From: Octopus sinensis
Taxonomy: Eukaryota
DNA: 64,000 nucleotides
Assembly: GCF_006345805.1 (NCBI RefSeq)
Contig: NC_043000.1
Coordinates: 36,704,001 to 36,768,000, forward strand
Direction: 5' to 3'
Part shown: in pieces, positions 50,856 to 63,495 of the stretch
Numbering within the stretch: the stretch's first letter is position 1
How the letters are laid out: each line of letters starts with the position of its first letter
Made by a program: the position numbers and the translations under genes
The notes under the pieces: model-generated
Told to the model about the DNA's origin: nothing
The model's input: only the letters and a program-made list of their open reading frames with translations
Databases searched by the model: none

Positions 50856-51242
50856 CAAGCAGGAGTGGCTGTGCGGTATGTAGCTTGCATACCAACCACA
50901 TGGTCCTGGGTTCAGTCCCATAACGTGGCAACTTCGGCAAGATTCTTCGACTATAGCCTTGTGCCGACCAAAGCCTTGTGAGTGGATTTGGTACACGGAA
51001 ACTGGAAGAAGCCCGTAGTATATATATATATATGCGTGTGTGTATGTTTGTGTGTCTGTGTTTGTCACACCAACATCGCTTGACAACCGATGCTGGTCTG
51101 TTTACGTCTCCGTAACTTAACGGTTCGGCAATAAGTACTAGGCTTACAAAGAATAAGCTCTGGGGCCGATTTGCTCGACTAAAGACGGTGCTCCAGCATA
51201 GCCGCAATCAAATGACTGAGACAATTAAAAGAATAAAAGAAT
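50856..51242 (+). mobile_element. SINE family A (CORE-like, OR2-type), best-preserved copy
   Basis: A box tggctgtgcgg, B box gggttcagtccc, CORE-like cttcggcaagattc, internal (TA)/(TG), AAAGAAT tail. Confidence 0.9.
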
Positions 51243-52649
51243 CAACAATTGAAACAGTACTAAAATAAAATCATCATCGTTGTATTATACTAAATATCGA
51301 TAGACCATTACAAGGCACGATACCGTAGAGTGTGTGAGTAAAATCTCTTCATAGTCTTGTATAAAAAAGAAAACACGGCATATTTCGGTACGAGAAGAAC
51401 ATCTTTGCTGCAGTTACTCCTGAAAACAACAGACGCATGTTGCCTTTTGTTGGAATTGTCAATGTCGTACATTCAATTGTTACCCGCTTACACGAAAGTC
51501 ATGCTTCGATATATAGGAAACACTGAATAAACCATTCACTGATATTGCAGAAGCTTGCCGAGCTCTAGAAAAACTCGGTATATGCAGCTGAAGCAACATG
51601 AAATCAAAATCACCGAACCTGTGGAAATGTCTGAGATAATATTGCTTCGTAGGTTGTTGTGTTAAAAATCAATGTATATCGAAGCACAGATCTAAGCAAG
51701 TAGCAATCAAGTGCGCCACAATGACAAAGGCGAAACGCGCTTGTCATTCTCTTGCCTCACTGCAGCGGCTGCGCTCTGCTTGATTCCAAATTTATTGTTT
51801 TAGTAGAAGTGTGTGAAGAGATTTTATCTCAGACAATTCAAAAGCTTTATATTTTCTAAGACTGTGTATACTTTTAGTATAGTAGACATATGGCAGTGTG
51901 TTATTCTGTGACAGAAAATAATTCTATTTATTGGATTATATTTACTGTCATCTTGTTTTGATAAGCACAGGCATTCATGTATTTATATACGTACTTAGGC
52001 GTGCACACCCAACTTTCCAAGCTCTTAAGATTTATGACACCAAGCACCTCTTTGTACGCGCACACGCACACAATGCTGGAGGTGAACTATAGTTGTACAG
52101 ACAAATATCGTTATTCCAGCCTCAAATATCAACAAAGAATGATGCAAACGTCAACGCAATTTAAGGAGATTTGTACCTCTGCCTTTTCCCTGTTATACAT
52201 CCCCACTTCTTGTGTCTCAACGGCTTCAGCCTCAGTCACTTATTTCTCGATAAATAATTCATATAAGGAAATATTTTTATTTGATATTATAGAATTGTAG
52301 ACAGAAACAATATCGGTCTTAGAGCAAACACATTTAAAAGCAGGACACACATCATCTATTTTCATGCTGGTTTATGACACATTCAAAATAACTTCGTTGT
52401 TTAAGTGTACTCTGATAGACACGCGCTGACGTGGGTACAAACACATGAAAGTATTAAGAAAAACTGCTTAGTTCGTGAAAATGACGTACCATACTTTAAC
52501 TGTCACAAAAATCTCAACTGCCCTCAAGAGAAATTTAGTAGCTTATCAAATGATTCCCTACAATTAAACAGAAAGACTGAATTTGTCTCATATTGTTGGC
52601 ATAAGGATCATGACAAGTACTAAAGGGTAACTGTGTGTGTTTCGCAGTA

Positions 52650-52830
52650 CCGCTTTACGACCGGCGCTGGTGTATGCCCCCGTAACTTAGCTGTTCGGTC
52701 AAGAAGACCAATAGAATAAGTATTAGGCTTTAAAAAAATTACTGGAGTCGAGTCATTTGATTGAAGATTTTTTCAAGGCGGTGCCCCATCATGACCGCAG
52801 ACAAATGACCAAAATAAGTAGAAGATAAAA
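52650..52830 (+). mobile_element. SINE family A tail
   Basis: ccccgtaacttagctgttcgg...catgaccgcagacaaatgac. Confidence 0.7.
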
Positions 52831-53586
52831 ACTATATATTTGCGTGCGCGCACACGCACAGAGAGTGAGGCAGGTGTGGATTCTTGCTTAGATGTCTCTC
52901 CATTTCCACATTCTAGCGTTTGATGCTAGCCATTTCCGGAATCCTCCATGAACAGCTCCTACAACAAAACAAATGATTAGAGTCCACGGAGTTTGCAGAA
53001 TTTCGATGTGTCAAATGGTGAAACTATTCCAGTAGACTTTGGTTATTTTTTTATTTTTTTTTTGTTCTTTGTATTTTGTATCCATATTCCGTCCTTTTGG
53101 AACCCTGTCTCGGTTCATCTTATGTTTTCCTCTTAGAGTTCTTCGGCATCGTTGTCGGATTTCAAATGGTTGAAGAGGTTATTACATATGCGTTGGAATT
53201 GGATATCTTCTCACTTCATGTTTTGCGAGAGACCGAATCCTTCTCACCGGAGAAGTTTCTCTTCCCAAGAAACAGGCTGACCACTTCAACGAAAAACGTT
53301 ACCTCCACGAGAAATGCACCCTCTCCTCACGTTATTAGTGCTTTTTGCAAATGTTTTTCATTTTCTGCAGACCCTCTTCGTTCTTCACCTAGTCTCCATC
53401 ATCAAAAGTAGATCCCGAACGATACCTACTGTGAGGTTCCGTACAGTTTCCTAATCCTACATTTCACTTTCATAGGTAGCATTTTACCAAAGTGTCAAAT
53501 TTTGGAATCGAACACTTAACGACATCACTACAAAGAGAAATTAACAAAACAACCAAACATGTTCCCATTAAAGAGAATAAGAAATG

Positions 53587-55099
53587 GTTAGATGGAGATT
53601 TGATAGCTATTTCTAGCAAATATTGCGACCAAAGGGCTCGAGTCGGTGAGTTCAGAGCAGGTTCACGTTTACGTTTCGTTTCTCCATCACAAAGGCAGCA
53701 ATTTATTCCCAAACTCCATTATTATTTATTATTACTGTGTTGTTCCCTTTACGTTATTTACTTCGAAGCAGATAAAATCTCGTCTTGTATCGGAAACATT
53801 AACAAATACTTGTTTTGTTTTGTTTGTTGTTTGTGTCGTCATCTTTGTTCTTGTTGTTGTTGTTGTTGTTATTAGTTACATGGAAATGTTTTTGTTGTTA
53901 GTTGTTACAGTCAGTTCCTGTTTAAGAGGAGCAGCTGTATGTTTGATCAGACTTAGTTCAAACCGAAACGCTACAACCTTATAGCCTGGCTTATAACCAA
54001 TTACCGCACAGATTCTTGCCGTTAAGTATTTGAATATCACTCAGACATATTCGGAACTGGATGGAATGTACTAATTGTCAATAATGGTTAGCTGTGTGAG
54101 GTTCAAAATGTGAAATAATACAGCTTATATGTTAGGACGGCAAGAGATCATGTCTACATGACAGTTAACATACTTTGTAGAGTTACAATCAAAAGCCTAT
54201 CTAATTTGTTTTCTAGCATTGTGAATAAGTGTTAACACGTCATTCCTCTCTGCAGCTTAAATTCAACACCGATTAGTTCTACTGATAGCAGACTTGTTTG
54301 CTGGTAAATCTACTTCACAAACTAAACAACTTCTCATCTGTCTCCCCCTCTGTGCATGTGCGTGTGTGCGCACGCGAATATATATCTCTTATCTTCCACT
54401 TAATCTGCGGTCATGCTGGGGAACCGCCTTGAAAAAGAATCTTTAATCGAATGACACGACCTCAGTAATTTTTTTAAAGCCTAATACTTATTCTATTGGT
54501 CTTCTTTGCCGAGCGGCTAAGTTACGGGGACATACACCAACCCCAGTTGTAAAGCACACATACACATACACGATTGACTTCAAACAGTTTCCGTCTACCA
54601 AATCCACTCACAAGTCTTTAGTCGGCGGTTCGAGCCTATAGAAGACATTTGTCCAAAGTGCCACACAGTGGCACTGAATCATATGGTTGGGAAGCCGGGT
54701 TCTTACGGCACAACCACGTCTGAGCCTTTACGTATTAACATGTGCACGGCAAAGATTCAATCATTTGATCAACTACAATAACAGCTTTTTTCTCAATTAA
54801 TGTCTAAGATGCTGAGTATTTAATAGTCACAGCACCCATTCACACAGTCATCCTCTACAATAATTGTAACTATATGTTGAGCTTTTAAATTACAAATATA
54901 GCCTAGTCAATGAGCATATTTACTCAGAGTTTCATGTGGCCAGTGTTCTGGTAACAAGGAACTCTAATGCGCAGTCATATATATATATATATAAGAAATA
55001 TTGAATTTCTAAATCTCTCGTGAACCTGCTCTGAACTCACCGACTCGAGCCCTTTGGTCGCAATATTTGCTAGAAATAGCAATCAAATCTCCGTCTAAC
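53587..55099. repeat. 81-bp inverted repeat pair (53587-53667 and 55019-55099), 79/81 identical
   Basis: Direct alignment; both outer flanks are atg. Confidence 0.9.
54400..54722 (-). mobile_element. SINE family A
   Basis: gcggtcatgctggggaaccgcc...gtctaccaaatccactcacaag. Confidence 0.75.
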
Positions 55100-55105
55100 A
55101 TGTAC

Positions 55106-55151
55106 TCTAGGCCGATGAAGGACAACGATCCTGAAACACGGTGTCCCTAGA
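55106..55151 (+). ncRNA. Type-I hammerhead motif with a single U4C core change
   Basis: TCTAGG CCGATGA AGGA caacga TCCT GAAA cac g gtg T C CCTAGA; all three stems pair perfectly; GUC cleavage at 55145/55146. Confidence 0.65.
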
Positions 55152-55322
55152 TGCAGTTCCGGCAGCCGGGGGTGTTTGTCTCCCCTTCGTATATGTATAT
55201 AAGGACACAGGGAAAAAATGTGTCAAAGCTATCAGGAGGCGTTTGATGCTTCCTAGGGCTATACAGCGGTGGTGTACCCCCTACTGTCACGTTTTTGTTA
55301 GATTGACAGTATACAACCATTC

Positions 55323-55357
<35 letters not shown>

Positions 55358-55544
55358 CTATGTATTACAGGTTTCAGCAGTAGACTGTGGCTATGTTGGG
55401 GCACCGTCATTAGCTTAAATTCTTGTTTATTTCAAACTCATTTCCGAGTTTGTCCTGATGAAAGAGTGAGTTTGCCTGAGCTGCCCCTCTTAGCGTTTCT
55501 AGGGATCATGTGTGTTGGTTAATTTGTTATCTCAACTAAAGACT

Positions 55545-56640
55545 TATGTAAATATTGTCAACAAATCTACACCTCGTAGATCTCTAAGTACTTTTGGCAA
55601 AGACAGGAAAAGTTGTTACGGCAACTTCTCTCTTGGGAGGAGGGCATCGGTTTTTTTTTAAAGTTTCTCCTGGTATCTCATCTACAGCATAGACATAATC
55701 TTCTTACTGTAATGGCTTTAGATTGACTCGAGTCTCGCTGTTTGTTTGACGCTTGATGGCGCCCATAATTGGGAGCAGTATCGAGGTGACAGAGTGCGAA
55801 TGTCCTCGATGGGACTAACAGCGTTTCCTTCTTTCCGTGTTCTGAATGATCTCCGAATACCGCAAGTCAGTCGTCTGCACATTGTTGCCAGCTTCGTAAT
55901 ACGAACACGATGCTTTACCATTTATGTAAATTCCCAAGTTACGCACAAACTCTGATCCCGGGATTGCTATAACCTCTGGTCCTGGGCTTTCTGACTAAAA
56001 TCTCTTCGTGAGCCTGTTACAGAGTGCTAGACATTTCTCAGTATTGAACTGCGTGTTTTCTTCAGCCCATTTAATATTGCCTTTAAATCTTTTTTAAGCT
56101 TTCAGTTATGGTCAAGGTTCTTCGTGGCTTGTGATGCTTTAGTATCATCAGCGTAGATGATGAGATTGGTTGACTGTATAACTGATGTCTGAGAGAACCA
56201 CCGTGAACAGTAGGGTCCCAGTACAGTTCCCTAATGGCTTGCACTTACTGTTCATGGTTCCCCAGAGAGACAGAACCATTGGCTGCAAATATCTCATGTT
56301 TTTAAACCTCTGCTAGCCACTACCAAGTCCCTGCAGGTTGGGATAATCTTCCTGTGATTAGCTTTGTCGAAATCATTGGTAAAGTCGAAATACATTACAT
56401 CTGCTTTTGAATGATCGGGATATCGTTTCTATTCAGTTATGTAGCTGTGTTAGGCAGTTACTTCTTGGGTGGAAGCCATGCAACCTGTTAGTGAATTAGC
56501 CATTTTCTTCTAGGAACCTGCTTCCTTCTGACAGTGCGTTTCTTCGTTTCGTTTACATGTGAAGTCATATGGATCAGTCTGTAATTTTTAAGCGTCTGAT
56601 CTTGTTTTCTCCTTTATGGATAGGGGCATATTATACCTTC
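55545..56640 (-). mobile_element. CR1-clade LINE reverse transcriptase remnant
   Basis: PIHKG..KNYRLI..TSH, ADVMYFDF..FDK, TVLGPLLFTV, YADDTK, RNLGIYI, LRDLRGVD; frameshifts and stops. Confidence 0.85.
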
Positions 56641-57341
56641 TTTTAACATTTTGTTACGGTTGCCACATGCAAGGGAACTGTAAATGCAATATTACAGGAA
56701 AAAGTGGACATATTTATCTACGTTCGACGTTAGGCACCGATGGCATATAAAACGTACATTCCCCCCCCCCCCAAAGAATGCCTTCAAATGTTACCCCTTG
56801 TCCTGTATACGAAGTTGCTTTAGATATTACATGCTTTTATATATTAAACTCTTTCTCCCCACTGAGTATCCGCTGCTAAAATTGCGGGTACATCAAATGT
56901 ACCCGTGCTTCTTTCGTGCCAAGCCTAGACGGTAATATATTTACACACATGTGTAAAACTCTGTGTGATTTCCTTTGATTTCTATTTCAAGGAAAAGGTT
57001 ACATTGTAACAGTTAAGAAGTAAAAGAGGATTTCGGCTCTAACATGTAGTTTGTCATCGAAACTATTGTTATTGATCTCTCCATATCGTAAATCATTTAC
57101 TGCTGTTTCCTAGATGGAGGGCAACACAATCGACCGAAGCACATAAAATGTAAGTACGTTGATCGAATAAGAGGAGCAGTGGTTACGGATGTTAATCTAT
57201 CACCAACCCAGAAGATATAATGTGTGTTAATGTTAGAGCTGTAACATTTAAGTAGATTTGTTGGATTCATGAAGATTTTCAGAGACCGCAGGAGCAGGGT
57301 CGCAATTTGGTGTAAACCTAGATAGGGTTTATTAATTTGAT

Positions 57342-57342
<1 letters not shown>

Positions 57343-57384
<42 letters not shown>
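57343..57384. repeat. (AG)21 microsatellite
   Basis: Direct reading. Confidence 0.95.
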
Positions 57385-57387
<3 letters not shown>

Positions 57388-57979
57388 TTGATTCCAGGCT
57401 AGCTGCCAATGTTGGAATTGATCATTAATTATTAAATTTTGATCACTCATGTTAATTATTAATTTTCGTTAGAAAAGTTTCCCTTGGATGAAATGTAATA
57501 TGGCGGAGAATAAAACGAATTCAACTCTTGCTGCTTTTGTTTAGAGCCAAATCAATCTCCGATCAAACGACTCATCGATAGTATTTCATCATTGACTCTC
57601 CATGACTCTTGTTTTCCATCAACATCTGTACCGTCCAATATATCTTAATGTACTTAAGGAGTCAAAGTGTGGCTTTACTTTATGGCTGTTATTTCTAGCA
57701 TGATTTTGAACGCGTATAGACCACCCTGTGATATATTACAGTTCCTGGTTGAAATGCGATGATATGTCTCAATATTGAATAATGATTCTTAATCCCGATC
57801 GACACACCCGTATCTCAGGTAACCGCAGAACAGTCTTTCAAAATATTCATCTCATACACTTCAGCTTGCTACTTTCTCTCTTCCTCACTTTTCTTTCTCT
57901 TCTTTAACTTTCTTTTTTCTGATCTTTTCCTCATTCATTGATTCTTTCTTATGAACGATAATATTGATATTACCATTAA

Positions 57980-58540
57980 GAAAGCGTGCTGGCAGAATGG
58001 TTAGTACACCGAGCTAACGTCCATCTTTACGTTCTGAGTTTCAATTCCGCCATGGTCAACTTTGCCTTTCATATTTTTCGAGGTCGATAAGATAAGTATG
58101 TTTCGAGTTCGGGAGGCGGGATTGGTGTATTCGACTTCCACATCTCCCGAACTGGTTGACTTTGCATCAAAATTTCAAATTATTACAATTATTATTATTA
58201 TTATTATATTATTATTATTATTATTACTGGAAAGCTGGGAGAATCGTTTGCGAGCAAGGCAAAATGCTTAGTGGCGTTTCGTCTGTCTTTACGTTCGGAG
58301 TTCAAACTCCGCAGCGGTCGACTTTGCCTTTCATCCTTTCGGCGATTGATGTAATTGACTCATCCTCTCCCACCAAAAATGGCTGCCCCTGTTGCAAAAT
58401 TTGAAACCGTTGTTGTTGTTGTTAATAGTAGTAGTAGTAATATTAAGATAGTGACCTGGCTGAATCGTTAAGACACCGGGGAAAATGTTCAGCGGCATTT
58501 CGTCCTTTTTCACGTTCTGAGTTCAAATTCCGCCGAGGAC
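57980..58540 (+). mobile_element. Three tandem SINE family B monomers separated by (ATT)n/(GTT)n
   Basis: Heads at about 57985, 58230 and 58452, each with the gttc(t/g)gagtt core. Confidence 0.75.
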
Positions 58541-58599
58541 ACTTATATTGGTACAGAAAGAAATTTAGTTATCTTATATCAGCAAAAATAGGTATGTAT

Positions 58600-59335
58600 G
58601 TCATTGTTCATTTTTATTTCAAGATTTCTTGCCAATAGAGAAAGAGCCGGTTTCTAACCAAGATCCAAGGCTCCTTCATTGGAATTTCAACATCAGCAAC
58701 AGTATTTTTCTATGTATGTATGCATGCAGATTTGTATGTTTTGCTCTATGCAAGTATTCTCATGCATATAGTTGCGTATCTAGACATCTCATATATATTT
58801 AAATGATAAACCTCTAGAAAGTTTTACAGATTTTTGCAATTCTAGTGATGGATTGGATCTGCAGTCTTCGAATTAGCTTTATCCATACGTATGTATTTAT
58901 GTGTGTATATATATGTGCAGATTTGTGTATTTTGTTTTATGTATGTATTCTAATGCATAAATTTGCATATCTAGACATGCTCATGTATATTTAAATGGTA
59001 AACTTCTGGAACGTTTTACAGATTTTTACAGTTCCAGATATAGATTGGATCTGTAGTTTTCGAATTAGGTTTCTCAAAACTAGAAAGGAGAATGCTAATT
59101 TCTCTAGATTGGTATTTAGGCAGTGTGTTACGTATCCCAGGACCCCAATAATTACAGGTATAAACCTGAACTTGTAATCTGGATAGAGTAACTGCAGATT
59201 TCTCAATAGTCCGGCATAGATGTTCTCTTTTCCACTGATCGTCAATTTTATAACATCCACTGGGCAGCTAATTTCCACAACTGTGCATAGTTTCTCTTTT
59301 CTATCCCAAATCATTATATCAGGTCTGTTAACAAT
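58600..59335 (-). mobile_element. R4/Dong-like LINE 3' end (restriction-like endonuclease) with tandem-duplicated 3' region
   Basis: RPDIMIWDRKEKLCTVVEISCP...FIPVIIGVLG (PD..E/D-xK-type EN); ~190-bp duplication of the stop/3'UTR region. Confidence 0.8.
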
Positions 59336-59347
59336 TTCTCTTCTATA

Positions 59348-59565
59348 TAAGGCAGCGAGCTGACAGAAACATTAGCACGCTGATAAAATGCTTAGCGGCA
59401 TTTTTCCGTCATTATGTTTTGAGTTCAAACTCTGCCAAAATCGACTTTGCCTTTCATCTTTCCAGGGTCGATAGCAAGAGTATCAGGCAAGTGCTAGGGT
59501 TGATGTAATCCCATTGCTCCCTGCCCCGAACTTCCTGGCCTCGTGGCAACATTTGAAATTAATAT
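59348..59565 (+). mobile_element. SINE family B monomer
   Basis: aaggcagcgagctgacagaaacattagcacg. Confidence 0.8.
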
Positions 59566-60584
59566 CTCTATTTCTATGACAACATCTCTATATAGTTCCT
59601 CTATCACTCTTTCCATGTTTCACTTTCCCTATATTATATCCATCGATCTTTCTGTGTGTCAAGCTAGCTCTGTTTAGATCTCTGTTTAGCTAACCAGCTT
59701 TGCATTTCTGTCTATCTATATCTATCTGTACTGCTTGCTTTCCTTCTCTAGCAATCTAACTCGGCCATCTAGCTACCTATCTTTTAGTCTGTCTATTACA
59801 CACACACATACACACATGGTTTATATATATATAAAAAACCATCAGCTCTGAGTATAAATTAGGATATTATTGGAATCTATGTACTGGAAATAGAAATTTA
59901 TGAATGGATTCAATATAAATCTTATGTTTGACAGGAATCGATAATGTCAAAGCACTAAAGTAAATCTCTCGAAAATCTATTGCAATCGGTGATAAATATG
60001 CTAAAGTAAAATTGTTTCTGTATGTGATTGTTGCTGAGGGGAAACTGTCTGAATTTGTAAGATATTACCTACCTATTAGTACCGCCATCTTGATTTCAAT
60101 AACATCCTGTTTCCCTACTGCACCACCATATTAATCTCGCTGCTCTTGAGATGTTCTCTGCTCTTGACGTGTAGGAAGTAATGTGTTTTCGAGTGTAACA
60201 GAAAATTTCAGTCCTATATGGCTTACTTTTTGGTGTAGTTGTGCTTTTTTTTTTCTGTTACAGAAGTGTTTTGTCTCCCCACCACTTTTTCGTACCAATG
60301 TGAGTGGTGTTTTTTTCGTTTTTTTTTTTAACCAACCGTCTGAGGGAGATCGCTCAGTTTTCTTTTGGGCGGGATAGCTTTTGTAATTGGGGAAAGATAG
60401 GGAGGTAATTTTTGGCGCCATTGCTTGAAAATAAACAGATTTTACTAAAGCCATTAAAGGCCCAGGTGTGACTGAATGATGGGTTACCTCCACTGAGCTT
60501 CTAAATAGTTTCAATGCTGTAAGGTATCTAATAACAATCCTTTCTGATATAGGCGCAAGCCCAGACATTTTGGGGGAAGGTATA

Positions 60585-60738
60585 AGTTAGTAACGTCGGC
60601 TCTTGTGCTTGAGTGGCCCCCGAAAGGACGAAAAGCAATGTCGTCATTGGCGGAATTTGAACTCAGAACGTGAAGGTGGATGAAAGGCTGTTAGGCCTTT
60701 TGTCAAGTGTGCTAACGTTTCTGCCTGCTCGCTGACTT
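60585..60738 (-). mobile_element. SINE family B fragment
   Basis: ggcggaatttgaactcagaacg; rc head gcgagcaggcagaaacgttagcac. Confidence 0.7.
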
Positions 60739-61309
60739 AATACTATTAATTATAAGGACAACGTAGTTTGTGATTTTTGTCACGTGTTATAATGTTGTGT
60801 GTTGATCTTTAAGATCATATTTTTTTTTTTGGGGGGGGGTATTTAATATTTTGTGGGATTTTATATATTGTATTGTTCACCAAGTAACGTCTTTTGTGAT
60901 ACACATTGATTGCCAATTGTAGAGGAACGTTTGTTGTGTGTAATGTACATAGCATCAACTGAAACAGTTGTGATATTGGTTTTAAAATGTAAAAGTAGGG
61001 CAATTGTTGAACTGTGTCAAATTGAGTCACCTTTTTGTATCAAGGCAATGTTACAAATGGCAGTCCTTCCATGCCCACTATTACAATTATAATTAGTAGT
61101 TTCATTTTGATTCTCCTCTTTCTACTTGCCGGATATATTAGATGTACTCCACGTTCAGCAGCACATGGTCAAGAAATCCTTTCTAGAGCATTAAAGGATA
61201 ATTTTGTTGTTATTGTGACTCAACTTCGCATATAGGACCCGGGTTGACCTTTGAAACAATGCTGCATGTTATATGCCATTAAACATGGTATCTTTTATCT
61301 TTTCCTGGT

Positions 61310-61668
61310 TTCAGCTCTTAAACCGTCGCCTCTCCTTGGAGAATCTTTAGTTGGATGAACTGATCCCAGTACTTGTGTTCATTCGGGACTGGTAGCTTAA
61401 TCTATCCGCCTCTAGTTGCCGAATCGCTAATGTTACGGGAACGTAAACACATCAACGCAGTTGTCAAGAGATGATGGGAGACACACGGACATACACGCAC
61501 TTAGCTTATATACGATGGATTTATTTCACTTTCTGCCTACCAAATTCACTCACAAGGCTTCGGTCAGCCAAACTCTATAGTAGAAGGTTCTTGCCCAAGG
61601 TGCTACGCAGTGGGACTGAACCAGGAAACATGCTATTGGGAAGCAAGTTTCTTACCACACAGCCAGGC
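61310..61668 (-). mobile_element. SINE family A
   Basis: cgcagtgggactgaacc...cttaccacacagcc. Confidence 0.8.
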
Positions 61669-62016
61669 CAGTATTTCAAGAGCCTTTCATCTCAATAGAT
61701 GTTTCCCCTAATTCCAATGTTTTCGTCACAACTGATCGATGTGGTAGACATTTGACTGCAAGTCATGATGATAATGTAGGAATGATTGCCGAAGACATTT
61801 TCGTCAGTGTCGCCATATTCATGACCTGGATTACTGTAGCCAGGGCGTTTCCTTATGTTCACCACATGTTTATATCACTACTTATATCGTCACATGGAGA
61901 TTCCAGCATAAAGTGTGTAACCAGTCATGTGACCAATTGTCGTGTAGTCATTATATAGTTTACATCTATTTATTATTATTATCATTAGTAATAGTAGTAG
62001 TAGTAGTAGTAGTAGT

Positions 62017-62425
62017 AAGGCGGCGAGCTGGCAGAATCGTTTGCACGTCGGGCGAAATGCTTAGCGGTATTTCGGCTGCCGTTACGTTGTGAGTTCAAAT
62101 TCCGCCGAGGTCGTCTTTGCCTTTCATCCTTTCGGGGTCAATAAATTAAGTACCAGTTAAGCACTGGGGTCGATATAATCGACTTAATACCTATGTCTGT
62201 CCATGTTTGTCCTCTCTATGTTTAGCCCCTTGTGGGTAATAAAGAAATAGGTATTTCGCCTGTCGCTACGTTCTGAGTTCAAATTCCGCCGAGGTCAACT
62301 TTCCCTTTCATCCTTTCAGGGTTGATAGATTAAGTACCAGTGAAACACTGGGGCCGATGTAATCGACTAGGCACCCCCTCTCCCCAAATTTCAAGTTTCG
62401 TGCCTTTTGTAGAAAAGATTATTAT
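62017..62425 (+). mobile_element. SINE family B, bipartite
   Basis: Follows (TAG)n; same linker as the copies at 6195 and 12955; (ATT)n tail. Confidence 0.88.
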
Positions 62426-62489
62426 TATTATTATTATTATATTATTATTATTATTATTAATATAGACGTCGCACAGTATAAAATATCGT

Positions 62490-63495
62490 GAGGTTGTTGA
62501 TTGAAGATATCGTATCTACTGGGGGTTTGCCAATCCACAAGGACTTCAGACAGACAGTACTTTACGCAATATACGTGCAGTTCCAAGTAATGCCGATTTT
62601 TGTAATACACCTAGATTGTAGGGTATTTCTAAGGTTTTCAGAAGTTTCTTTCTTTTTTTCAGATTGGGTCATATTGAACTCAATGCTCCGATGACAATAG
62701 GGATAACCTTTATGTTTGACTCTCGTAGCTGGCACATCTTAGCAATCTCAATTCTCAGGTCTCCATATTTATCAACCATTTCTCTTTCTTTCATGATGAT
62801 ATGTTGATCTGGCACTGCCACGACTATTATTAAGCACTCTTGTTTGTCCCTCCTAAAGGTTGCTATATCCGGCCTTCAGTGCTCTAACACTTTGTCTGTC
62901 TGGAAATCAAAGTCCCAGACGATTTTTGCCTTCTCCTTTTCGTCCATTACATTTTCTGGGGTATGTTGGTACCAAGCACCCGTAACCACATAAGCATACT
63001 TACGGTATGTATACTTAAGCTAGTAGAGGTTTTTGGGCTACGGTGTCGTGTCTACGCTTATACTCTTTCTGCGCAAGCACTAACAATGTGAGTCACACTT
63101 TTGACTCTCTTCCCACATATTCTGCAGAGGTCCGATGCACTCGTGTGGAATATATTCTTCTTCACCGAATTAGTATTCAATGCCTGGTTCTGAGCAGCGA
63201 CGGTTAGGCTTTCAATATTCCTTTTTAGGCCACCCTTGTTGAACCACCGCCATGATGCTTCCTGGTCTTTTAATTTGTTGGTTTCACAGTTGAACTGACC
63301 ATGTAATTCATACAGAGTAGGGTTTCTTCTCGCTTGTAGACTGTTCTCGATTGGAATTCATGAGAACTCTCAAGTCTATATCTGTTAACTCCTACACTAG
63401 CAGCATGCTTTTGCTAGTCTTGTTTGCTGTTTAACAAATAGTCTGCCAGGTTTCTTCTTTCACTGTTGATCCACTCTCGTATGCTAATCAGCCCA
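62490..63495 (-). mobile_element. R4/Dong-like LINE ORF C-terminal remnant, second family
   Basis: ESLTVAAQNQALNT, zinc knuckle CRICG...THIVSAC, IVWDFDFQTDK..RPDI, VIPIVIGAL; stops and frameshifts. Confidence 0.85.

Noticed and set aside
51720-51748. Hairpin aatgacaa..gcgaaacgc..ttgtcatt
   Set aside because: Short isolated stem without an HHR core or other context.
55450-55510. ctgatga-aagag...ctctt motif
   Set aside because: GAAA is missing after stem II.
56885-56905. 9-bp hairpin as a possible Helitron 3' end
   Set aside because: The next CTAG is ~19 nt away and followed by A rather than T; no matching 5' end.
58625-58690. Hammerhead-like ccaatgaagg..gaaaccgg in the Dong 3' UTR (minus strand)
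   Set aside because: Two core mismatches, no U16.1 and no stem I.
60131-60568. 145-aa ORF, the longest in the track
   Set aside because: Lys runs come from T-tracts; no recognisable domain.
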